The position numbers were made by a program, and so were the translations under genes. A stretch of DNA of 63,599 nucleotides, the filler included. It is 13 parts of 13 records of this genome, joined end to end, with 100 filler letters (N's around TTAATTAATTAA, not from the genome) between each part and the next. Parts side by side here need not be neighbours in the genome. Positions count along the whole stretch, not along the records: positions 43,017 to 46,929 come from SRR15195285_2898; positions 47,030 to 53,998 come from SRR15195285_2901; positions 54,099 to 58,657 come from SRR15195285_2904; 10 more parts are not named here. One strand, given 5' to 3'. Positions 43,332 to 55,630 of this stretch are shown here, piece by piece. The notes under the pieces were generated by a model. That model was given only the letters and a program-made list of their open reading frames with translations. It was not told where the DNA came from and ran no database searches. How positions within the stretch are numbered: position 1 is the stretch's first letter; each line of letters starts with the position of its first letter.

Positions 43332-44696
43332 GCAGTTCATTATGTTGTCACTGCCGCTCAAAGTGATGTGCCGGTATCTATCCGTCAGTGCTTGGCGTAG
43401 TAAAATCTCTTGTCGCCGGAAGCACACTGTACAGCATTGTGCAGGTGAGGCCGCGCTTCCGCGGACGTCAGCACGTGCGCCAAGGCTATCGTGCCTGCAT
43501 CAAGCATCGGCGGACTCGTCTTTATGTCGTTCTCCCTTGCTCCATCTCGATCGCTTGCAACACGAGTATAATGAACGCCAACGAATGATAGGCTAGATGT
43601 TTAGCGCGCAGTCTGCGGATCCTCCTCGATCTCCATCAGGTCACCTGGTCTGTCTCCTCCGAATGCACTCGCTAGATCGTACAGATGTGAGAGTTTGTCG
43701 TCAACGTGCACAACAGCCGTGGTTTCGCCGCCAACGCCTACCAGTACGCCGCCCGGAAGGACAAGAGCTACAACGCCATATCAAAATCAGTGGAGCAAGA
43801 ACTGGAGTAAAAAGAATTTGGGGGGAGCTCATATAATTTTAAACTCATGTGTCCCAAGGACTTATCGAACCCACAAGCGACAATCACTCTATAAGGGTGT
43901 GAGGATTTGAATGCTACACCATGGAAAACTATTGCCACGTGGCACCTCGTGGCTCATTTGGCTCAACCCAACAGGTCAACTCTCTGGTGCAGAGAATCCA
44001 CTGCCGATTATGTGTACATGGAATGGTCCGCGCGAGCAAACAGTAGTTTTGGACTGAATTGATAGCAAATCTGATTGGGCCGGAGAGTTGACTAGTTGAC
44101 TGGTTGACAGTTGACTTGTTGGGCCATCATCACCGGTTTAGCTCTACCTGGCAGAGTGCTATACGCCAGAATCACAGCCCTTGACTGGCGGATGCGTCGC
44201 CACAGACGAAGACGAAGGCACTGCATTGCTCAAAGGATCAGGAGGCGGAGGCGGAGGTGGCCACGATGTCAACCTGACTCCTGGCGTCCAAGGGTGAAGT
44301 TTGAGCGGTCGCCAGAGTCTTCATGTGCAACGTCGCAGTCATTATGTGCATGCTACTATGGAGAACGCTCCTGTGATTTAGCGTCTTGAAGAAAATGCAA
44401 CGTTTCAACAAGGTGGAGAGTCACCATTGCTGGGCTTGCGGAAGCGTCTCTAGCAACCACATCGTGGTGTGAGGTTTATCTACGGCAACAAGACTTTCTA
44501 CAATCACTTCCACCCATACATCAACACCTGTTACAAGGAGCGGCTGGGGAATTGCCACCATCTGCGCTGCGTTTCAGGTGCAAGGTTGCGACGCCCCGTG
44601 GTCTTCCCCGAATCCATACTCTCACGTAGCGAAGGTCTAGCCGCAGCAGGTTTGAAATGCAAGTCGAAAAACCTGTGCATGGCACCACGCGTATGA

Positions 44697-46279
44697 TCAG
44701 TGCCGCTGCCGCAAATTGTCAAGAGCACTTGGTTTTGGTAGCACGCACTCCATTGTTTGTCGGAACGTGGCTTGCGTGCACTTGATGCAGTTGACAGCGC
44801 CAGCTTGCCGCAGCAATCTCACGAGATTCGGGGCAAGTAGCGGGAAGTCCGTGAAATTGCTGTGACGAGCCTTCTCAGCTACCCACATGAGGTTGGCAGG
44901 ATGTCCTCGCTTCTCCCAGGGCGTCAGTAGATGCGCCTGCAAAGTTTTGTCCGACTCTCCACCGACCCAGTCCTCACACTGCACCAATAGCGTTGGGCAT
45001 CGGTTGATGCCACTTTCGAGCATCTTGGGATCTATGGGGCCTGAGGCTTCCGCCCAGCAATCAAATGCCACACACACCCTTGCTCTCGTGTCTTGCTCGG
45101 CTGCTACCACCGCAGTCGCTCCACCAAAGCTGTGCCCAACGTAGGACAGTCGCTCTGGGTTGGCTGCTTGATACCAGCGGGAGGATTTGTCAGCATTGCT
45201 GCTCAATAGTGAGTCCATCGCTGCGATAGCTTCAGCTACTCTTCGATTCAGCTGCTGCCGCCGCCAAGTTGCCTGCTTTGCTTTGCGTTCTGCGGGGTCG
45301 AAGACTCCGGCGTACTTTTCATTAGGCCGTTCATACTCGTATATTGATCCATCTAGGAGTTGCACTCTTGCTGCAGAACCGTCATTGTGCTCTGGGCAAA
45401 TGACGATATGTCCCGCCTGGACGAAGTTCGAGATCATCGTCCAGTACATGGCCGGAAGACCCGAGTTGCCATGCGAAAACACTATTACAGACAGGTTCTC
45501 CGCAGCTGGATGCAATGCAGCACCCTCAGCGAGGTCGATCTGGATATGCGGAAGGTGCGAAAAGATGAACGCCGGCGCCCATCCAAGTGCTGCTCGGGCG
45601 ACCGACCTCCAAATCGACCTGTCGATGTAAGGTGGCTTTTTCAGCGGACCATGCGCCGCAGGATAGTATATCTTCACGGGAAATCGCGCCGACTCTCGGG
45701 TGACTGTACCGCCAAGCTGCGAGGAATATGCAAAATATCAGGCCTTGAGAGAGGACTCTAAACAACTCGTGTGTGGGCGAGACTCACCTTTGGTTCGGGC
45801 AGCTCGAGCTCCTCCCGCACAAGTCCAACGTGCCGAAAGTTCCACCACATTGCAGGCACTCTAGGGAAGGTCGCTAGTGGTAGCTGGTGCATCAGCAGTG
45901 CGCTCAGCGCAGTCAGCATCAGCGCCGCCGCGTACATGAACCGGAGCTTCCACGCAGCTGAAGGTTCCAGCTCTATGCAGATCTGCGGCCCCTCCCAATA
46001 GAGCAATTCGTAGTCACGCAAGCACTTGTGTAGCATCGCTGTGCTGGCGGGTGTTACGATTGCGAATGCCACTGACCCTGGCAGCATTTGCCAGCGCGGC
46101 ATTCGACGGGCAGTGAAAGCCCACACCACCAGCGAAGCACTGCACACGAGGTAGCACACAATAGCATTCAACTGCATCTCGCGGGCCTTGTCAAGCGCGG
46201 TCGTGGTCCGCGTGCTGATCCACCAAGCGCCAGCGCACCACGTCAGCGTGAGGCAGAAAAGGCCCTCGGTGAGCTGCAT
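44697..46279 (-). CDS. PAF-acetylhydrolase-like alpha/beta hydrolase with N-terminal TM helices (2 exons)
   Basis: Exon 1 46279-45788 (TMs, RWQMLP), intron 45787-45717, exon 2 with VKIYYP, VFSHG, EHNDGSA, nucleophile GHSFGG, AFDCW and HSNFTD. Confidence 0.85.
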
Positions 46280-47029
46280 TTGTGCCCCCGCAGTGCGCTC
46301 TCTACGGCGGTGGTTTCCTCACTGTTCCAGACTGTTCCTGACGCGGCTGGCCGTCCGCAAGCGCGTGTCCGAGCTCAGGCAGGCAGGTGGCGGCCAGCAG
46401 CAGTTCGTTCCCAGACGCCAGACGGCCAGAGTACACCCAGTACAGTACAGTGCGTGTACATGTATTCGAGCACTACAGTACCACAATAGTTTATAGTAGA
46501 AGCAGGCAGCCTGGTCTGCTGCACCTGAGTGACACTGTGAATCACTGAATCAACAGTCGCCACTCCTTTGCACGCGTTCCTGTGCTACCGTACTGTACTA
46601 AGTGTACTACTATAGTACCTGAAGGTATGATGTAAATCGATGTACATGTAATGCTCAAGTAGGAATCAATCAATAGGAAGTACCTTCAGGTAGGATCCTA
46701 GGAAGCTTCCTATATGTATAATCATAGTACCCATACTGTACTGTACTAGTATACTATTAATACAGAAGGACCAGCGGGAAACCGACAATCTTCCTCAGTG
46801 GAAAAAGTCCTTGGACGACGATCGTTCTATCCCACTCATTTTCACAGTCATTTTCACATTCTTTTCAATTACAGGTCGCAAAAGGTATATTGACATCGTG
46901 GTATATTGGCACGCGCCGCAAATTCGTAGNNNNNNNNNNNNNNNNNNNNNNNNNNNNNNNNNNNNNNNNNNNNTTAATTAATTAANNNNNNNNNNNNNNN
47001 NNNNNNNNNNNNNNNNNNNNNNNNNNNNN

Positions 47030-48455
47030 AGGAACATGAAGTATATAGGCAAAATCAGCGGCATGGCCGCAGTTCTCAAGATATCCATGACGATACTGCC
47101 CATCCCAGCGTACTTTTCTGGAAGAGAATGTAGCACACGCGCTAGACGGATGACTCGCACAAAGCGTAAGTCGATCACCTGGCGAGCTTTCACATAAGTG
47201 CAGACTGAGACATCGGCGAGCACGCTGCCCATGACACCTATACACACGGAGTTGTCGTCCAGCTCGGTGACCGCTGCGCACGCGGCCACATCAGCAACTT
47301 CTGGAGTCGCCGCCCAAGCTGTACACGTCGCGGGAAACAGCCAACTCCACAGCAGCTGGATGTAAAACGGAAACACAGCCACGACATCGACGTAGTTCAT
47401 CGGATCGCCGCGGAACTTTTTAAAGTCCGATGGCCCCATGATTATGGTGCACACCAACCGAGCCAGAAAGTCACCGGTAAACACCGTCACACATCCAGCT
47501 TCGATGACCAACCAGAGAGTCGCATAGAACTCAGGATCATCGTTGTTGCAGCGGCCTGTATCTTTTTCAGTGCAAAAAGCCGGCAGGGACTCCAGGCAGA
47601 AAGCAAATGTTGACAAAATGATCAACAGGTTGACAGTCCACACGATACACAATCCCGTCAAGTACAGCGGATAACCCTTCGCGCCCATCTGCTTGAACCA
47701 TTCAGGATCATCGAACAGATGGTATACCATCGTTGCCGGTGCAATCCAGAGGTACTGCTTCGATTGCGCTTTTAAATCCGTTTTCATATTGTTTGGATCA
47801 TCTGACGCCCACCAGTCGCTGAACTCTGCGCGCATCGCACCCGTACTCCGAACTGAGTTAGGTCTGCGAAGCAGAGAGAACGTACGAAGCAAACGTACCC
47901 TCAAAACTGATCGTGCCGTCTCCATTCTCATCGAGTTGCACCAAGATATCGTCGACTTCTTCTTTGGTTAATGGGTCACCAGTCTCTTGCTGGCCGATTT
48001 TCTCAACTATACCTCGGATCTGCGCAGACGTAGCACGGCGGAGGTTAGCTGTGCAAGAGACTGCGCGAGAGGGCAGTGCGCGCACCTCGATGATATCGAT
48101 ATGGCCGCTCCCGTCCGCGTCGATGTCGTTGAACGCCCGGCGAACCTTGACAAGCTCCTTGGGGCCGAGTTTCCGCAATTTGTGCCCATCGGAGAGCGTA
48201 TGCCCGAGCATGTCGTCGACATGCCATGTCTCCTTCTCTGCCGGCTCGGGTCGCGTGGTCTTCGCGGGAGTACCTGCGCTGCCGTTGGTTACACCCAGGC
48301 TCGCACGCACAGCAAGAGGCGAGCGTGCCCGAGGGGTCCCGCCTGTGCGCACGCGCGTGCCCCGATGCATTGTTCACCGCCGCAGACTCACCTGCCTCTG
48401 CGGCGACTGGATTCTCAACCGCCTCAACATCTGTATCGGTAGCTGCGGTAGCCAT
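47030..48455 (-). CDS. Voltage-gated K+ channel-like subunit with N-terminal EF-hand pair (3' truncated before the pore)
   Basis: EF-hands DADGSGHIDIIE and DENGDGTISFEE. Kv-type S1 IILSTFAFCLESLP, S2 IEAGCVTVFTGDFLARL, S3 MNYVDVVAVFPFYI, S4 LRFVRVIRLARV. Three short introns in the N-terminal part. Confidence 0.85.
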
Positions 48456-49807
48456 CTTCTATACCCAGCCCAGTACGGCTCGGCTAGCGCGTCAACCAGG
48501 CCACACCTGCTGCGCTCAGTCGTGCATGCTGCCGCGCCTCGCGGGCTAGCGGTGCAGCTGTGGCCTACTACCGCTGTCGAAGCAGCGCCAGCACCGTGCT
48601 GGTGACCTAGAGCACGCCCGGCCCGCACCAGGCTCCGCCAAAGCACGGCGGCTCTGGGGCGGCGCGGCAGGTACGCGGGAACACAAACCGCGCGGCTGTC
48701 AGAATTCTGCGACTTTGCCACCGTGCGGCCCGAGCCGTAGTTTTATCCCGTCGCCAATTCGGTCTGCCACGCACCACACCAGAGTCAGGTGTCGGGCAGT
48801 TTCCTCCTATTCGCGGCGGCACCCCGACCTCGGTGGAATAGCATACAATCGACAAACTCAGCTGCAGGCATGCGCTGTAGGAGGCCGAGGACATTTCACA
48901 ATGATTTGTGCGGTCCCGTTCTTTTCCCTGAGACCTCAACCGCACGCCTTAATAAGTTAATACCAGGTGCTCAGCTTTGGCACCTCGGCAAGCCAGTTGG
49001 AAATTCCAACTTGGAATTTGCCCCGTCGTTGCAACGACGCCTGAAATCATGATTTCCACCCCTGATTTCCTGTGACAAACCTCTGTGAGCTCAGCACCGG
49101 TGCACTCCCACCTCCCTGAGAAATTCTCATTTCTGAGGTGCACTATTGTGCGTACATAATGATTTGCTGTCTATTCAGCCGAAAAGAAGTGCTCGGGCGG
49201 TCCCCACCCAGAAAATTCGTTCGGCTCCCGGTGATCGGGAATGCGCTCCGCCCCGAGTGCATCGGCGGATCTGATCCATCGGTTCCGCTCCCCACATGCA
49301 CGGAATTTCAGCCCCCCATTCCGCCGGATCAATCCCAAACTTCGGGAATACCACGCTGATCTCAGTATTACTTCACAAAGTACCGTGGTACGAATCCAAG
49401 CTTGAAAATCGTACAACGCCTGATGTCATAAATCAATATTGTATATACACACGCTGACCACAATGAACCATGATAAATCACCGTGATCATGTCTTAAATA
49501 TCAATCCTTTGTGGACATTGCGGATCCATTTTCCAAGAAACACCCACCTCGAAGATTTTGTTACAAACTCGCATTTATTTCAGTATCTCATATACGATTG
49601 TACATTGATACATTATCGAGTTTGTAGACGGAGTGCGCATTCCGGCTGGTTGCGTGGATTTGGTGTGAGGTGGGCGCGAATGTGGAATGTCCGACGGTCG
49701 GGAATCCCCTCGAATCCCATGTTCCCCACCACACAACGCACAACGACAACCAGACGCTCTTCGTCCCGTCCCAACCCCGCTTTTACCTGTACCGTTAGAC
49801 CAGGAGC

Positions 49808-51522
<1,715 letters not shown>

Positions 51523-52346
51523 GCACACCGCGAGCCCCCGCTGTGTCGGGGCTACGTGATGTGAGTCTTGACTGGTTCGGGCTGTACAATCATCAAATGA
51601 TGGTATCCTGTATCACCAAGCAGAGCTATTGCGGAGGAGATGTTCTTTCTCTCGGATGCTGCTGGCGTATCCTTTGTGTGGGCAGGACTCAATGAAAAGA
51701 GTCTTCTGCTCCCAGCTGCAGCACACTACTCTACCGCGCACCGCCATACACCAGTCACCCGGCACAAGTTAGACCAGCTGCATAGAGCAACCAGTCGCAC
51801 TCGGATCGAATCAACAGCTGGTTTCTTTTTCTCATGGACCGTGCTGCTAAACGACGATCCAAAACCGGAACTATCAGCTCAGTGGCTGGCTTCAATGCCG
51901 CGCAGGACCGCTTAATCGCCTGTGCCTCGGTGCTGCGTTCGTGTCTTTCAGCGGTGCGTGTAACCTGCTGGTGCGGCAGTCGCCCTGAGATATGGGCTGC
52001 TGCTGCTCAGCATCAGTTGCCGTCCCTTCGCAGACGCGACACATTCACCCCAACCGGCAGCCACTCCGCTGTGGCGCATCCCAGCTTTCACAATCCGTCT
52101 TACCGCAGCGCTTCGTGTCCGACAAACGCGGGCGACGGGCAACACACACATGATGTTGCAGGCGCCGTACACTGATTTAGGGTCGCATTTGGCAACCGAC
52201 TCACGGTAACAGCTTGCTGAATACGGCATCCAGCGCATGGCACTGCGAATGTTGGATGGGCTCCGGCTAATGCAGATGTCACGTTAGGTTTACCATTTGT
52301 TGCGGAATTTGTTAAACTAACGTAGCACTGCACTGCGTGCAGTTCC

Positions 52347-53522
52347 TCAGTTGTGGTTGCTCATCCTGAGCTCGAACACATGCACGGTTGGCACGCGCCA
52401 CTCTTCGCTGATAATCTCTTCGACTGCTAGCCTGGCCACATCGAATCCGTGCCTCTCCAAAATTCCACCACTGAGACGACGGCAGCGACAGCATCAACAC
52501 GTTGATTAGTCACTGGACAAAAGGTAGACTCAGGGTCACACAGTTAGTTTCTAGTGGATCTGGTGAACACAGCATGCTGACTAATGAACACCGCTTACGT
52601 GTGTGTGCCTTGCCATTCTGCCCCACATTCTGGCTCTGGCTCTGGTTCAAGCCCGGGCGCTCCTAGCTCTGTGTCCGGCTTTGGCTGTTGCGTCTGCGCT
52701 GTTGGACGACGCTTGTCAACGGCAGCAACACCGTCCTGCGGAGTCCCGAAAAATGTCGCGCGGTGCTTGGGGCAACCCGGGTGGCTCGCATCGTCGTGGG
52801 CAATCCACACGACTGTATGTGGTCCGGCGAGCTTCGCCAGGGTCTCAGCCAGCGGCTCCATAACCGCTGGCAAGTACGTCAGATCAGAACCTAGAAGCAG
52901 CGCAGGTCCACATTCCGAGCATGTGGAACCACTCGCACGTGCAAGCCTGGCCACAGTCGCCGTCACAGCCGCCACATCGCCGGATGTGCCCCAGTGCAGT
53001 TTTTGCACAGTGCACGAGCCGAGTTGCTGCTGGGCAAACAGCCCACTGTTCGCTGCGGCATTGGCTCGGAGATACGGCAAGCCAGACTCCTGCTCTGTGG
53101 CGATGGCATGCAGTCCAACCGCTCCCGCGACCACGGACACGAGGCCGCTACCGGCACCTAGCTCCACAGTGATAAACGGCGCAGACACACCTCGCCCACG
53201 AATCATCGCAGTCACAGTGGCGACGGCGTGGGACTCGACGCAGCGCGCGAGCACAAGGGAGCCACTCCATAGTATCCATGCACCGTCTGCCACGCGCCCA
53301 GCGTCAGCGGCACCGTTCACGCCATCGGACAGGACCGTGGCTGCAGTACGCACCGGTGTCAGAGGCGCTGTAGTCTTCGACGATATCGACGTACCGCCCG
53401 TCCGACAGCCCCAGGTGCCGCCGCCACATGGTCAGCTTGTCGCACCACGTGCCCGTTTCCCTCAGGCCATCTTGTCCCAGCAGCAGTCCCACGGGACTCG
53501 GAGGCGTGCCAGCGCCAGCCAT
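52347..53522 (-). CDS. METTL21-family (Methyltransf_16) protein lysine methyltransferase-like, 3 exons
   Basis: ILWSGSLVLARC, VELGAGSGLVS, ATEQ...LRANAAAN, LHWG, LGSDLTY. A probable last exon reads GFDVARL...EEWRVPTVHVFELR. Confidence 0.8.
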
Positions 53523-54947
53523 CGATCTCCGTCCCTCCTATAGACAGACGCACCGCCAGGCCAAGGCAGTCGTCCAGCCACCAGCCACCTAGTGCCCTGG
53601 CCTCGCCATCACTACGTGCATGTGGCTGACGGGGGACTCAGCCCAGCCCATCAGACTGCATGGATGCGCTACGTCCCGTACTATACCAGCACTGCAGTGT
53701 TCGTACGGCGTGCACGGCTACGTACTCCCGACCTCGCTGGTCATCGCACGTCACCGGGACACCGGCGCTGCTAGATCTACGCAGTACTCGCCAGGAGGCC
53801 AGGTACGCTGCTCCTGGTCGCCGACCTGGCGCTCGCGTCACCAGCAAGCGGCACTGACGGATGGCTGCGGTCACGCCGGATAGTACAGTATCGCATAATG
53901 ATAATCGGTTCTACACCGGCCGGTGTACAGTATGTGTAGCCGTGTGCCGCCACGCCGGTGTACGCGTATTCCCGAGGTCGCCAAAAGAAGCATCGCACNN
54001 NNNNNNNNNNNNNNNNNNNNNNNNNNNNNNNNNNNNNNNNNNTTAATTAATTAANNNNNNNNNNNNNNNNNNNNNNNNNNNNNNNNNNNNNNNNNNNNAT
54101 GGTAGTATTTTCCAATACAGACTGCACAGAAATTGGAAAGGAAAAGTAGCCAGAGCTTGATTTTGCATGCCGATGATGGATGAGAATTGACCTGCCGGGC
54201 ATCATCACTGCAACGACGCAATTCCTGACCAACCTGTGGCAATTCCCTGTGTTCCCAACTCCGTGTAATACAGTAAATTGATTCATGTGTCCATCACTCG
54301 AATCACGATTACATGTAGGCACTCCGTGTGTGTACACACTACTCAAGTACTGTTTATACCCAGTAGGATTCCTACCAAGCCGGTGTACACGTTGTAGGAA
54401 TTCCGAATCGAGGCACTTTCCAAACCAATTTCCACGCCAATTTCATGCATGATTTCATGGCCAATTTTAGGCCGATTTCGCCACAGACACCGGACACAAC
54501 CTGGGCACTGTGCAAGACGTTCCAAATTTCCCGTCAACTTCCCCGGACTCACGCCAGCGTAGCGGGCCGCCACGCTAGCTACAACACGCGTACGTTCGAG
54601 GGGTACTCCGCCTCCTACCGTATAATTGATCCCCCTATACTAGTACCGGCGGTAGTATCTTACTGAGCTTATACCTATACGCTGTTCACGTTGGTGCCAC
54701 GCGCGGGGGTACATGTAACTGAGGGTGGAGGGGGGCATCCGGTAGTGTACTGTCCAGCGAATAACGCTACTGCTGTCAGAACATCCATCGTCAGAGCATC
54801 CGTGTCGCGAGTGTTGCCTGTAGAGGAAGGGCATGCTTCTGGCCAGTTGAGTGCCCTCCGCTGCCTCAGCTGTGTCCGCTCTGCTCATTCTCAGTGCTCA
54901 CCTGACCGGCCGGGGTGCAGCTGCCAGCAGTAGCCGCAGCCGGAGAG

Positions 54948-55574
54948 ATGAACGATGCGGCAGCTGGCGGTGCACCTCCCCCGCGGAGCGAGGTAGACGA
55001 GGTGCAGCGCAGTCGGCAGCGCGTCGCAACGCTGCGGCGGCGTATTGCCGCGTGTGAAGCGATAATCGATAGCCATCTCGGGCAGGATGTGTGTACGGCG
55101 GCTGCGTCACCGTACGCCGCACTTGATTCGCACGCCGCCACCGGCACAGCGGCCCAGTGGTTCCAGTTGACGCCGACCAATGGCGGGCGGGGCAGTTCCG
55201 GTGGCAGCGGCGCCGGCGACCCAGTGGAGTCTCCCGCTCGCCTCGGATTTGGCGAGCCACCGCCAGAGGGTGAGCGGTGGTACAATCTGACGATCAGCGC
55301 GGATAGGTTGGCGTTTGCAGACGCTGCCAGCCCCAGTCGCATCGAGGAGGTGGCGGAGGACCTACGAGAGCAGAAACGCAAGCTAGTGGAGAAGACCGTA
55401 GCGATTACTCTTTCGCGTTCGCAGCTGAATGCCCAGCTCGGCAGTAGTCGCAGCGCCGGCGTGCTACGGGGCTGGCCAGTTCACGACGCTCGAGCAGCCA
55501 GAAGGAAAGCGGACGGAGAAGGAGGCAACGGAGATGGTGGACCGACATATCGTAGTGTGTCGCGACAGTTTTAG
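54948..55574 (+). CDS. Hypothetical coiled-coil protein
   Basis: 208-codon ORF with two predicted coiled-coil segments, lying downstream of a GTAC-rich promoter-like tract and converging on the BBS10-like gene. Confidence 0.5.
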   Translation: MNDAAAGGAPPPRSEVDEVQRSRQRVATLRRRIAACEAIIDSHLGQDVCTAAASPYAALDSHAATGTAAQWFQLTPTNGGRGSSGGSGAGDPVESPARLGFGEPPPEGERWYNLTISADRLAFADAASPSRIEEVAEDLREQKRKLVEKTVAITLSRSQLNAQLGSSRSAGVLRGWPVHDARAARRKADGEGGNGDGGPTYRSVSRQF

Positions 55575-55630
55575 TCGGTGTTGATGCACTGTGGGGGGGT
55601 ATTGTCCCTGCCCGCTTCCGCGCAAGGTCG

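Noticed and set aside
49620-49807. Possible SAH riboswitch upstream of AHCY
   Set aside because: Only a short ACGCTC match. The conserved GAGGAGCG/AGGCUC elements and pseudoknot pairing are not present, and the gene is eukaryotic.
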